From the NCBI RefSeq assembly GCF_000143415.4, contig NW_003314390.1, positions 332,343-396,342 of the forward strand: a DNA stretch of 64,000 nt. The letters are read 5' to 3'. Positions 29,071 to 42,967 of this stretch are shown here, piece by piece. This stretch comes from Selaginella moellendorffii. Lineage: Eukaryota > Plantae > Lycopodiophyta. Position 1 is the stretch's first letter; each line of letters begins with the position of its first letter. Below the pieces are notes generated by a model, which made no database searches, was not told the origin of the DNA, and was given only the letters and a program-made list of their open reading frames with translations. The position numbers were made by a program, and so were the translations under genes.

Positions 29071-30973
29071 ATGTCGTCGTCTTCCGGTTCGACGGGTAAC
29101 TCCCTGCTGAGGATCGCCATGCCGGTAGCGTCTTCTCTCATTCTTGCTTACTATGTCTTCACATTGCCCATGTCGTTCATGGGGGGAGGGGGCAGTGGGG
29201 ATGTCAGGAGTGAAATCACAGGGAATTTGCAAGTTCCGGTTCAGACCAAGGTGGAGGTTTCGGTTGCTCCTCCGGTATCTATAGCTCTGGCCGCTCCAAG
29301 GCAAGCCAAGGAAACGCCCAAGTCGAGCAAGGGACCTGCATTGGAGGACAAGGCAAGCAAAGATCGGAAAGAAGCAGTTCCCAAGCTCAAGAGCTCGGCA
29401 CCCACGAAGACGGCAGGCACGAATTCTCCTCCACCGACAAAGCCAAGGCTCAAAGATCCGGAATTGCCGTTGAAGAAGCCAGCGGCATCTCAGGATTTAA
29501 ACGAAAAGGACGCTGCCAGCAGCACAGATCCGGTCCCTATTCCAGACGACATGGAAACCAAGGTGGATGCGCGTCGCACAGAAGCGAAGAAGGCGAATGT
29601 AGAGGATTTGAGTACGCAGGAATTAGCCACTCAAGAGGATTTCACAGGAGAAGAGCTCGGAGTTGACATTGATGAGGAGACAGGTGTGGGAACGGGAGTT
29701 TTCCACTCTTTTGCCATTTTCAAGAAGAATTATCAGCAAATGTTGAAGAGGTTCAAGATTTTCATCTATCCAGACGGTGATCCAAATACTTACTATCAAA
29801 CACCACGGAAAATCACAGGCAAATACGCTAGCGAAGGTTATTTCTTCCAAAACCTGCGAGAGAGCAAGTTCGTCACCAAAAATCCGAACAAGGCTCATCT
29901 CTTCTTCATCCCCATCTCGTGCCACAAGATGCGAGGAAAGGTACCATGTTTACATTTTTTTCTTCTATTGCTGGAGATTATCTTACCTCAAACTGGAACA
30001 AAATGCAGGGAATTTCTTACGAGAAGATGGCGGATATTGTCCAGGAATACGTGGAAGGCTTGATCGTCAAGTATCCATATTGGAACAGGACGCTCGGTGC
30101 AGACCACTTCTTTGTAACCTGTCATGACGTCGGGGCGAGAGCCACAAACAAAGTTGCAAACCTGGTCAAGAACTCGATACGTGTGGTGTGTTCTCCCAGC
30201 TACAATGGAGATTTCATTCCCCACAAGGACATTGCCATGCCTCAGGTTTTGCAACCATTCGCTTTACCTCGAGGAGGAAACGACGTCAGAAACAGGTACT
30301 CTTGATATTCATTCAACCATGTATGCACTTCCTGGTCCTCACTCTGCGCAGAACAATTCTTGGATTCTGGGCCGGTCATCGAAATTCTAAGATCCGAGTG
30401 GTTTTAGCCAAGCTGTGGGAAGAGGACGATGTTCTAGCCATCAGTAATAACCGGATCAGCAGAGCCACTGGAGAGCTTGTGTACCAGAAGCAGTTTTATA
30501 GGAGCAAATTTTGCATTTGTCCTGGCGGCTCACAAGTCAACAGCGCACGCATCGTCGACTCTATACATTACGGATGCGTGCCAGGTCTTTCTTTCTAAGT
30601 GCTACCATGTGCTCGCCTGACCTCGCGTTTCATGTCACACCAGTGATTCTCTCAGACCATTACGATCTTCCTTTCAACGATGTGCTAGACTGGAAAAGAT
30701 TCGCGTTGCTTTTAAGAGAGCGGGACGTCGGCGATCTTAAGTTGAAGCTCCAATCTGTCTCCAAGGAACAATACTTATCGTTGCACAGGGGACTCGTTGA
30801 GGTTGTTTTTCTTTTCTTTCTTTCTTTTTTCTCCTCGTGTTCTTATTGCCAGCCTTTTTCGACAGGTTCAAGATAGATTTGAATGGCATACACCGCCCAG
30901 GCCTTATGACGCCTTCCACATGGTGGTGTACGAGTTGTGGTTAAGGCACTTCACCGTGCAATACAAGAAATGA
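29071..30973 (+). CDS. Exostosin family (GT47) glycosyltransferase
   Basis: N-terminal TM anchor, low-complexity stem, FKIFIYPDGD, GKYASEGYFF, YPYWNRTLGADHFFVTCHD, SKFCICPGG, GCVPVILSD and YDAFHMVVYELWLR. Confidence 0.95.
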
Positions 30974-33399
30974 GAATGACAGGGAAGTTATTTTTTCCTT
31001 TGTCTTGGTGGACACTGTCTTGTTTTCCAGATTCTAAGAAACTCTTACATGGATCCCTCGAAGGACAAACGTCATTGCCACATCGTTCTCCTTTTAGGCC
31101 CGTCTACTCGTCATACCTTCACAGTAACTTGTAGTCGTGCGCCTTCATCAAACGGCTGGAGGTGCAGCTGGAATGCAGGTGTTTCGTACGGGTTCCTTGA
31201 TGACCTGCATCCCTGCACAGTAGAGGTTGCCAGGAACAGGGGTTGTAACTTGGTGGTGGTGGCAAGGGTAACTCATAGATTGGTGGACTGAGCAGAGGTG
31301 GTGGCAATGAAAGCTCATAGCTTGGTGATGGTGCAGGAGTGGGGCTTAATGTTCTCCTCCACATATGTGTCAAGCTCATGAACTTCCAATAAGTCTTGAT
31401 TATGTGTTTGCTGATGTTGATAAAGATTGGCATTCTTGTCAACCAGACCAACTTATAGAGAATCATCAGCAAGGAGTTTTTATTTTATGTTCATCTGGCT
31501 AAAGATAGATATTAAACTTAATTTGGGTTAATAATACCAATCTCTTGCCACTATATGGTAGTAAAGAGTGTTTATAAAGATTGATAAGTATATTAATGAA
31601 AGTGGTATTGTTGTTTCGAGTGATAAAGAATTTTCTGTAAATGACTAGATTTTCTATTTTATTTTAGCCACTTATCTACACTTTTGACCACTTGGAGGAG
31701 TCTCATTCACGAACTCCATAGGTCTTATTCCTGACTTAGGGACATGTTAGCCCTATGAATAGCATTTATGCCACTCAACCTTAGTCTAAATATTTTATAT
31801 GTCTGATCCCATGATTGACACCCAAAGTTACCACTGACATATCAACCCATTACATTAAAGCTATGCTTATTCATTTTTGTCACATTGGTAATCCAAGACC
31901 ATTTGTATCACAGTCCCATCTCTCAAAGACTAGGCCATTTGTCTATGAGTGGTCATCTTTTGACCACATCTTAACACCCTTAAAATGTCTAGAAACATAA
32001 AGAACACCCTTTCCTAATATCCCTTTTTCCATCCTTACCAAGTCCCTTTTCATCCATAGCCATGCTTGTAAATACTGCCATTAAGTTAAGGCCTAAAGGC
32101 CCAACCACTAAATCCCATTGTGTTAGGGCATAAGTGAGAGAGAGAATATTTTGATTTCTGGAATATTCCCCATCTTCCTTGTATAAAACCCTTGCCCCAC
32201 AAGGGGAAGGGGGGGGCAAATTGTGAAGAGCATTGAAGCATTTTTTATGTTTGAGCAAGTGCTAGGGGAGGCAACCCTCCTTCCCCTAACATGTGGTGAA
32301 TCTGACATAATGCATAGTGCTTTCTATTGCATCATTTGTCTCTTTTCCTTTTAGCTATAGAATTTGAGAAGCAATTTCTTGTAACTCTAAACCCTAAATT
32401 GATGGTTTTGCTTGATCTTGGGTGCATTGGATAGGTCTTAAACTCCTCTTTTCGGCAAAGTATAACACTTATCAAGCTGTGTAGTATTTGAGGAGATACA
32501 ATGTTTCTTAGCTCAGTTTAGTGAATATTTTAGGGTTTCTCTTTTCTTGTCTAAATTCTCAGCTCAATTTCTCAAAGTAGTGCATTTGGGTTTGTAGATT
32601 TGGCTTGGATCTACAAGTAGAGGTGATTTTTAGTGCTAGATTTAAGTGAATTAGTGGCATGCAAAAGGATTTTCTTGTCTGGCTAGATAGGGGCATCTTT
32701 GCAATAAAAATTCATGCTTCTCCACTCTTTTTTTTATGCCATTTATTTTTGGAGGTGCTTTTGGTCATAGGCTTTCCAAAAATACTAACAGCACCTTAAT
32801 ATCGATCTAGATTGGTGACATGCGAATGTTTTCCCACAAAATTGGTGTTTTGGACTATGTTTTCTTGGATCTCACGGGATATTAAGGCATTTTCATTACA
32901 AATTCTTGGATTAGTGTGGTAGATGGGATTGAGCTCTTTCCAACGTACTTACAGTCAAAATGGTGAAAGATCAAAACCAAGATATTCATTTTTCTCTTTT
33001 GGGCTAAACTTTGGTGAGAAAGAAGCAATCTTCAAGTGGTAGGAGTAGGCACAAGAGCAAGAGCAGAATCAGGAGTAGGCACTGGAGTAGGAGTAGGTGC
33101 AAGAGTTGGGGCTGGAATAGGAGCGAGAGCAAGGGGTTATTGGTTACTGGTTATCGTAAGTTGTTGGCATTTACTCTACCCCTGAGGGTCAACAATTGTA
33201 TGGGTTGAGGCCATCCCTCTACGATAAGCAAATCAACAGTCTAGAATGAAGTTTGTCTATGAGTACATCATTTGCTAATTCAGAGTTCCTGTAGTTCTAA
33301 TTTTTGATCGTGGTAGCAGCTTCCTCTGACAAGTGATGCAGCATCTTCTCCAGCAGCTGCAGGTTAAGCACATGAAGAGTAGCAACTACTATCTTGAGT

Positions 33400-33901
33400 G
33401 AAATGGCCAGGCAGAGTCTAGCAACAAGATATTGAAGACTATTATCTCAAAGCTTGCGGAGGATCATCCGAGGCAGTGGGACAAGCACTTGGTTACAGCA
33501 TTATGGGCTTTTCGGACGTCCTTTAAGACATCCATCTCTGTGACTCCATTCTCTCTCGTCTATGGGATAGAGGCTGTGCTTCCAGTGGAGATCTAGGTGC
33601 CATCACTCTCATTTTTGCTTCGATACGCAACAAAGATGCAGCTTAGTGATGAAGACAAGCTTCATGTGCGTGACTTGGAAGTTCTTGCCTTGGAAGAATA
33701 GTGACAACCCACAACCGAACATCTCTTTCGAGGCAAGCAGAAGATCAAGTTAGTCATTGATCACTGGCGGTCTGCTAAACCATTTGAGGATGGCAATCTT
33801 GTTCTATTCAAGGAGTTCATGCCACCTTCGAAGTTCTCTCCTTGTTGGACCGGCCCCTACTTTATCCAGCAATACATTGGAGGTGGATCATACATGCTAG
33901 T
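33400..33901 (+). mobile_element. Ty3/gypsy integrase C-terminal relic
   Basis: Translates to GQAESSNKILKTII...WDKHLVTALWAFRTSFK...TPFSLVYGIEAVLPVE and WTGPY (GPY/F motif), with stops. Confidence 0.8.
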
Positions 33902-35057
33902 TGTCACAAATGTGACTTCGGGTATCGAAAGTTACTTGTCGGCTAGTCCTTTCGGATATTCTTTCCTTACTGCCACGACGGTATGAGGTCGGTATTGCTG
34001 GACTTGTTATTAATCTCCACCTGAGCTAGTTGAGAAATTGGTCATCACATGTGCACTTAAACCGGAAGGGCACTAAGGAAGGAAATCATAAGTTGTCATT
34101 TGTCAAGTAGACTTGATACAGTGATGAGAAACTCATGATGTTGACTTGCACTTGCTAGTGTTGGGAACCCCCGCGATATTGAGCTTGGTCCCACAATATC
34201 GCTAGATGATAGCTTACCGTGTCTGCTAAACACCCTCGCTATCATACCCTTTGTGTTAGTCTCATTCCAGTCCTTAATACTAATTATGGAAAGTGTCTAG
34301 ATTTGCTCATTTGGCATATGTACGGAATGTAGAGATTGGCTTGAACACAATGGTGTTCGTCTCGTGTCCAAATTTGCATTATAGCGGCATTCCATATTTA
34401 GTAAGTTTCAAGCTTGTCCCAGAGACTAACTCCTAATACTAAGGGAAGCTTAGGGTGAAAGCCCAAAGCATGTGTTCCTCAAGGGGGGGGGGGGGGGGGG
34501 GGGGGGGGTGGTTCCAAATGTATAGTAGGGATAGTGGGTAGGTTGGGTATGGCCGACCAACCTGAGGCATAGTCTAGCTCCCGCTTGCATGCCTGTCTTT
34601 GTATTGCGTCCGGCTTGGGTCTAAGCCCAAGTTCCATTCCATGCTAGCTGGTGGAGTACCCATATCCTTACGTTAGGCCACCGGTATGCCGAAATAGCAC
34701 CAAACTCCGTTTGGCTCCGTTTTGCGTGCTAGTCCTAGCATTAGGATGTTAGTTGCTCTATGACTGTTCCAAGTCGCTCTAGGCTCCTGTCTTTTTGCTC
34801 CTTGAGCTATATGCCCGGGAGTTGCTCCATGGTTCAGTTTCGTTACTCCTTGGCTCCATGCTTGGGAGTTTGGCACCGTTCCTTCGTTCAGTGGCCCAAG
34901 GCCCTGAAACTCAAGTTCCACACCACTGTCCTTTGGACACATGGCATGTGACACATGGCATCTGTCATGTGGCACATAGAGGGTTTAGGTTCCGCTTCAT
35001 GGTGTTATCCTATGGTAAATCACTATAAGATAAAGGGTAAAAACCACGTGCGTTATA
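33902..35057 (+). mobile_element. Family A LTR followed by a Met-tRNA PBS
   Basis: Homologous over its full length to 12970-14117. PBS TGGTATCAGAG at 35060-35070. Confidence 0.85.
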
Positions 35058-35059
35058 GT

Positions 35060-35569
35060 TGGTATCAGAGAAAATGGCACAGGTTCGATTCTCATTAATT
35101 AGTGGCTACTTAAAAATATAATATACCCTTGAGCAAGGTATATTCCTACCCCTAAATTTGAAATCGTACGTATTGGGCATCCGTGTGTATGTCCTTCCTC
35201 TTGTGTGGAGTATCCACGAATGAAGGTATCCACCGTGGGATTGCGGTACAGGTGGATGACTAGTTGCCTCACATGGAATAGCTGGTCTACACAATGGAAG
35301 GATTGGTAGATTCAGTGCGGAAATGGAGGTGCTGGTTCCCCTTGGCTCAGTAGGGGTTGTTAGTCAATAGTCAATGAGGACATTGACATCTCTGAAGGGG
35401 GGGTGAGTGTAGCGCATGTGATCATGGGATGAGATTTGGATATACTGTCACCGTGGATCTTTGGAACTTTGGGGGATAAATAGGGATAAAATAGCCACTA
35501 AGGGCTCTTTCATCAAGCAATTACCCCTTTTCCAGTTGGCTTAAGAGGAGAGAGATAAAGTGCGCTACA
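35060..35569 (+). mobile_element. TRIM-like segment: PBS, about 330-bp internal region, PPT and a 162-bp short LTR
   Basis: PPT GAAGGGGGGGTGAG at about 35394-35407 is followed by TGTAGCGCA...TGCGCTACA (35408-35569, perfect 9-bp inverted termini). Confidence 0.65.
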
Positions 35570-38500
35570 GTCACGCCCTTTTAACAGAATAGGGAACATC
35601 GACAGAGAGGTGGGTTATATGACCAGTCGACAGTAGCTACCCCATAACTAGAGATTTCACCATGCACACGAAGTGCCCAAGCCAATCTGCATATTACTGG
35701 CCCAAACTCAAAGATCAATAGATGGACAATATCAAAGTCAGAGACAATGATATCTTAGAGACTTAATTATTAGTGAATAAAGCTTAGATTAGAACACAAA
35801 AGTATTCCAAGTAAGTTATCATTCGATAAATCAGTATTATAGGATAGGAACCACCAAGATCACTATCATTGGAAAACATAGGATTCACCATCCAACAAAA
35901 TTCAATAGCAAGTATATCATCAAGTACACTCAATGAGAAAACTTAACTATCGAAGATTGTAGACAATATGCTAAACAACTTACGAAACATAACTCAAAGA
36001 ACACTAAGTATCATTGACTGGCAAGCAAAATACTCGCGAATGTATCACCTGAAGGAAATAACATCCTAATCTATCAGAACTAACTCGAGCAACAATCAAC
36101 AGAACAAAATGAATGTGGTAAGACCAACAAACACTTAGTCATGCCAACCATCGCACCAACGTATCTGAATAGATCCCGGTCAACAATACCAAGGAACTCA
36201 AGTCACTTTAACAAGCGTCGGCAACAGCTTGCTAATGTCTCAAACCCAAGAGATCAATCCAAAACAAACTACAAAGAATATGTGGTATTGCGAAAAGCCA
36301 TTAGCCATCAAAGAGAACAACTAACCATCATAAAAGATCATCAATCATTCTATCAATAGAGAGATGCATAATCATCATCGAAGAAAGAATCCACCATCTT
36401 GAAGAATGGCAAATCATTTTAGATCAACGATAATCAAGCAAAACCTTCAACAACGATAATCAACTATCCTAGATGACAATCAATCATCATCAATAATTGC
36501 TAGATGCAAAAGCCAACTTCAATATCGAAGCTATGGAGCCAACAATGCCTTCTCGAACAACTTCTAACAAATGGAATAACGAGTATAAAACTCAAAGAAC
36601 CAAAAGTTTGAAGAAGCCTATAGCCAAATCTTGCTTAATAATGATCGCGAGTCTTGCATGAACCAACTTCAATGCTAAAGAAGAAATCATGGTACAACCC
36701 ACAATATCCTTCTCAACACATCCGTACACAGCCAAACTTTATAATGCTTAAGCTAATGAAGAGTATATTTGCATCAATCCAAAAGCTAAACACAACAAAG
36801 TTATACTCAATAAGTGACCATCAAATGATCCTCCATGAATCCATCTATAGCAAGACGTAACTTACTTCATAGCAAGTACAAAAAGAATCACCAATGATCA
36901 ATATATCCCAACTCAAATCCAACAAGGATTCAAACATTTCAATATCGATCACTAACTCTTCCGCTTGTAGAGTTAGCATAGTTTATGACTAAATCACTTT
37001 TCAAGGAAAAGCTCAAAGCTCAACCTCTACTAAATAATCTTGTTGTGATACAACTAACTCAAACTTGCCACTCAGCTCGTTTGAACGTCAATAGAGTTGC
37101 TAACTAGCAAATGCACGAATACTAATAACATAAAGCTATAGCCAAATCATTAACACTATCTTCTTCAAGACTAATGAAACTTAATATCAATTCTAAGGAA
37201 AGACATCTCATTTCACTTGAATCTCAATATCAACAATGTCAATGACAAGGCATCACTTCAATGCCATCAACACCATAACAAAACTAAAAGAAAGCATGAG
37301 TGAATCACCACTCAAAACTCCCTAGCAACTAAGCTAACCAAGGTCAAAGATACTTTACTCAGTATCCGAGACCAATCCTCCAACAATACTCAGTTACAGA
37401 TAACACTTCATCAAGGAGTGATTCACCATGTCCAAGACTCTATGAATTCCAACACTACGAACTAGATGCAACCAAATGATATTGACAGAGGTAGAATTGA
37501 CATGACAACATGGAAAACCCATGTAAGTCTAACAACACGATCCTCCGCAACACCATTTGGCAAAGCAAGCCCATCACTACTAAATCATCATCAATTGAAG
37601 CAAGTGTCAACAATTCTGAGAAAAGTCTATAAGTAATCACTAGTCGCTAAGCAACTAACAATCACCTTTCAACTTGCCTTCACAAGACCCAACACTAAAC
37701 TCACGTCACCGAGTTATATACTTGTCCAACATAAACGTAATACCTTAGATCGAGATAAAAGTTCATAGACAAGCATAAACTAAATGACCACTCGAATCCA
37801 ACTCAACCACAATAAACTCACTAATGCATTTATTCAACAGCTCTGAGCATGCCTTGAATAGGTTAGCTATGCATGATCAACACTCAGTCGAAACTAAAGT
37901 GAAGACCATAAGATGGACTCATATTAGTACACAACCTCCTCATAGACAAAGCTATAGTACGGGTACCAACATCTCAACCTCAAACAATTAAGTTGGACAT
38001 CACCATCCTCAGCTAAGGCGCAGGGCCACCAAGACCAAGTCAAGATCAGTGAGAACTCATTACTCTCATAGAGTTTAACGAAATGCAAGGTGCAACCTGC
38101 CACCAAGCAAAATGCTATAGAAGAAAGGCATAAGGGTCACCCTTCTTAGAAAAGTGCAATGGCCACTTTTCTACTCCAATTCCAGACTCTATCCAACTCA
38201 ATTGTTTTAGCCCCAAAAGTCAGCATCCCTTTCGAGCTGTATCATACAAACTACTTACTAAAGTCTAAACTAACTGAAGCCAACTCTAACCCCTTCACTA
38301 GTTTGTAATGGCTTACAAAAACGGAATGGTTTTCGAGCAAAGTGATTAATAGATCATCTATTGGAAAAGTCTAAGAAGATTTGTGGAAAATTTTCCATCT
38401 TAGAGAAAGAATGATCCTCAGTCTAGGAATACAAACTTTCAAGACTCAACCAAGTTTCTCTTACCTACACTTCACATAGATTCACTTCAACACCAATTCT

Positions 38501-40079
38501 CATTACCCAAAAATATGCTAAAGCATCAAACATCTTTGCCCATATCTTTGACATCCAACATTGACATTCGCAAAGTGCAAAATGAACATCCAAGGCTTGA
38601 TCACGAAAACCACATCTTCGGATATCCACATTGCACTAACACTTTTCTTCAACCACCTTCAAGATCCAATGTGAAGCAAAAATATTGACAAGAAAAATGA
38701 TATGGAAAATCAAGCTTTAAGGAAAATTCCTTATCACTCGAAGTAACAATGTCACTTCTACTAACACAAGTGATAGTGATGTTAATGCCCCAACTACACA
38801 TTTTCTCCATCCAACAATCTACTCCAAATGCTAATAGATCAACCGACAAGTTATAGCAAATGAATGTTACAACCCTTTTCATTACCTTATGGGTAAACCC
38901 TCAAGGAAATAACGTACCAACTCAAGCTTAGCATAATGGACCACCATAAAAAATCCAGTCAAAGCTACTATAATGCTACTTCGTGCAGATAGACTAGCTT
39001 CACTATCAACCACTTTGGGGTTGATCATCATTTACCCAAGCAACTTCATAAACACATTGCTTATTATCATATGGATATGATATAAGTATCACAATGACTT
39101 GATCATCAATTGAGCAACACCACGAACAATGCCCATGTCACTACTACAAAATTTATGTAAATATCAAGTGCCAATTGGATTCGACAAAATGCAACACAAA
39201 TGCCACACTTCACCGATAGAGATTTATAACATCTAACACCACTAACTTTTGTTCACAACATGGATAAGCTCATACCACTCTCTTTTCGACCAAACTCAAA
39301 ACTAATCCAACACCAAACTATTCAAGGAGCAATAGCAAGGTTCCCCGGAAAAGAATTGAGCATTGCAACCCAAGTTTTTCAATAACAAGCCTAGACAAAA
39401 TGGTTTAGTGTTTCACCACTATCCATCCCATAATTCACCACTTGTAAGACCATCACTTCTAACATACATCAAGGTAGGGACTCCTGATTGCATATTGTGA
39501 ACACAAGCAATGAGTCACACTTTGTTGCAAATCATCCCTCCAAGAAGAGAAAATGATTTACGTGTTTGATCCTTCGTCCCTGAGGACTCTCTTTTCAGTT
39601 TCATCTTTGACTAAACCTCAAGCTTGCGTTCGCATTGCCTTCAGTCCAATCCAAGAAAATTTTATGAGAGAGCACAGCAATGACTACTTGAACCAATAGA
39701 CTAATCCCTACAGTCTTGATTGATCCACTCATAAATCATGCCTAGGAAGGATCCACTAGTGCCGTGCTAAACAACTACGGACTAGCCTATTTGCCACTCA
39801 TAGCAAACCCAGGGAAGGTTTACTTTTTTTACCCATGGTACATGGAATAACTCATAGGACCACCGATGGCTAACATTAATCCTGCTAACTCAAAGTGTAA
39901 CCTCGAGTTCCTAATGCGCCTCACTCACGAGCCCAAGCTCAAACTCATGCAAATGGAACATCTCCAAACCATCTTATGAGCCCAAGCACAAGCTCACATC
40001 ATAAGGTACAACGAGGTATCTATACCCAAGGAACATTTGCGAAGCCTTTGCACCCAAACGTGTACCCACTCGAATCATC
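35570..40079 (-). mobile_element. Family A non-coding internal region (third copy)
   Basis: Colinear with about 7282-10490, with an extra segment of about 1.3 kb near 37200-38580. No long ORF. Confidence 0.8.
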
Positions 40080-42565
40080 TGGAGAAGGGAAAAAAAGACA
40101 AACTCGAGGATTCAAACTTAGGAAAATAAACTTGAGAGGTTCAAGGTTAGGACTGTATTCCTAACCTTGACGTGAGCAGCAGGGACTATAAAAGTAGGAC
40201 TTAGAATGTTTTTAGACTTATCCCTAATACAAAATACATTGCAATACATTGTCATTTTGCCTATCTTTTTGGCTCTTCATGGCAATAGCAATGTTTTACT
40301 TACCCACCGCCTTCAAGGGATCAAAGGCATGGGACTAGCACCTTCAAGCACGTTTTCACAGTTTCCACTTGGTTTGGCACAAGCAGGTAAGTGCACTCTT
40401 CTTGTAGTGTAGATTTAGATTTAGGGACTAGATTAGATTTGAAACTCCTAAGAAGATCTCGTATGGACGTTTTCCTCCCAGTTTAGAGATTCTAGGAGTT
40501 TTCATTGGTGACCACGGTGGGATAGAGCAAATCAAGACAATCATTTCCCCCAAAACTTCAAGGAAAACAGACCAAAGATGCACAAGAAAATGGCATAGGA
40601 AGAAAAAGCCCCAAAAATCAAGAAAAACAAGACCGTAAAACAAAAACGGTGGAAGAGCATGAAGAATGAAGAAAAAAAATGGAGCGTAAGACCAAAAGAT
40701 GAAGAACACTTGAAGATTGAAGCCACCCAAGTCGTGGAAAACTTGGAGCGTACGCGTAACTGTTTTTGGCGAGAGGTTGAAGAAAGTAAATATTCCAAGA
40801 ATCTACGATAAGGAAACGACCAAGGGAAAATTCTAGTGGCTGGAAATGGAGGAAGAATGAAAAAGCACGACTACCCATTTGGAGACACAAGTTGTACAAG
40901 ATACAAGGACTGCCTTTTGTGTGGTTTCAAAAATTGTGCAAAACCGTACAAGCAATGCTATCCAAAATGGCAATGTGACACTTGCAAGCAAGCAAAAGCT
41001 AGACTCCAAATCAGGGATGAAAATGCCACAGCAGAGGAGAGAGGGAAACGAGAAGAAATAGCCCAAGAAAACAACACTAAAGAGAGAGACGATAGTTTAG
41101 AACAAACAGTGAAACAAAGCTTCAGTTGCTTATAAAAACTTCAAGAAACGATTCTGTGACTCTTCTACAAATTGTCTAGAAAATAGGAAGGATGCAAAAA
41201 TGAGGAAATGTTGAAAGAAAAATATGTTTACTTCGATTTCTTTGCAACTCGAAGAACCTTGACTTGGGTGTATCGCGGACACCTCTTTCAATAAACAATT
41301 GTCGAATTCCTAAGAATACACAAACATGAAACTTTTCAACCATTAACGCTTGCTTTCAACACTGATTTGACGAGAGTCATAATAGCAACAGAGTGTGGAA
41401 CCTTTGAACCACAAGTTCGTTGGTTTGTGGACACTCTTAGATTTAGAGATTTCGAAGAGAATGCGGAATTACTTTACCGACTTCTTCAAAGTCCTCTTCA
41501 TATAACGCTATCAACAAGCACTCTTATCGAACTATATACTATAGCATATTGGCACCGTTTAGGACGGACGAGAATAGCTGGAGAATTAAGAAATCAAGGA
41601 CAAGGCCATCAACAAATACAAATTCGGAATTCGGGATTAAGAAACCGACGGGAACCTGAACTTGAGTCAAGTTCAAGGGAACGACTTGGAAACTCAAGGA
41701 TAACAAGTCGAAGGAGGAGAAATTTAAGACAGAATCACAATAGGCCAAGATTAAACATAGTAACAAACTTCAATTTTGACACTGAGGTCCAACGCCAAAA
41801 CCCCATCCTAGAGCTATATATCACTCGCAACCCACAAGGAAGAGTGCGTCCAAGTAGTCTCAACATTTTAAGGAGTATTTTAGGAGATCCCTGCGTCAAG
41901 GATTCAAACTTATAATGCAAGAGTATTAATTGAGACTATCCCTTGGGAAGTTCGTGAAGTGATCGACTCTGATCGTGAAAGAGAATGTGCTATATGACAA
42001 AGGGAAGTAGAACACCACCGGCAAGAATAGCATCAGGGAAATACACCACCACGAAATCGACCATAGAGAAAAGCGTGTTAGATAAATCCGCACACACATA
42101 GGCTTAAAGCAACAAGAATCTGTTGGAAACTATACTTTGACGTGTGGATGTCATTTGAGACAAGAAACATACAAGAATTAGGATATTAAAAATACAACCA
42201 TTGCTGTATTCAACATTTTCAAATATTACCATCGATTGGGAAACACAAAAGCTCATAGTGAGAGCTTGCATTCCAATACGACCAACACATTATAAAAGAT
42301 CAAAACAATTGTTCAAGAATGAACTACTAAAGAGAGTTGCAATCGTTTGCATACCTGCTCGATCCTAAAGTTGGCGAGCAGTATTCAATATTACCAGCGA
42401 ACATCTATATCAATCAATTTATGACACAACTGACCTCCTTCCACAAACAAAATCGTACTTACTTACACCACTAGATTTTTCAAATACAAGACCTTTCCTG
42501 AGCTAGACTCAGGAAAGTGACCTCGAGAAGAAACTCGGGAAGAATCGAGAAAGAAAAACTCGATT

Positions 42566-42745
42566 GAAGACTCAAGACACAAGAGCTTGACTTCGCAACA
42601 AAACCAAACTTGTAGAAGACTCAAGACACAAGAGCTTGACTTCACAACAAAACCAAACTTGCAGAAGACTCAAGACACAAGAGCTTGACTTCGCAACAAA
42701 ACCAAACTTGCAGAAGACTCAAGACGTAAGAGCTTGACTTTGCAA
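42566..42745 (+). repeat. 49-bp tandem repeat, about 3.7 copies
   Basis: The unit GAAGACTCAAGACACAAGAGCTTGACTTCGCAACAAAACCAAACTTGYA starts at 42566, 42615, 42664 and 42713. Confidence 0.9.
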
Positions 42746-42967
42746 TCTATGAAGAACAACATTTGACTCAAGACAACTTAGGCAAAACATAAATTCAGGA
42801 AACTTACCTCAACATNNNNNNNNNNNNNNNNNNNNNNNNNNNNNNNNNNNNNNNNNNNNNNNNNNNNNNNNNNNNNNNNNNNNNNNNNNNNNNNNNNNNN
42901 NNNNNNNNNNNNNNNACCAGACCCAATTAAGATCCAGGAAAGAGATCTTCGACAAAAGAATCAAGAA

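Noticed and set aside
31119-33210. Extensin-like (31119-31472) and RS-rich (33011-33208) ORFs
   Set aside because: Short, degenerate low-complexity fragments without a supportable gene structure.
34483-34508. Long poly-G run as a functional G-quadruplex
   Set aside because: Sister LTRs have short interrupted G runs here, so slippage or a sequencing artefact is more likely.
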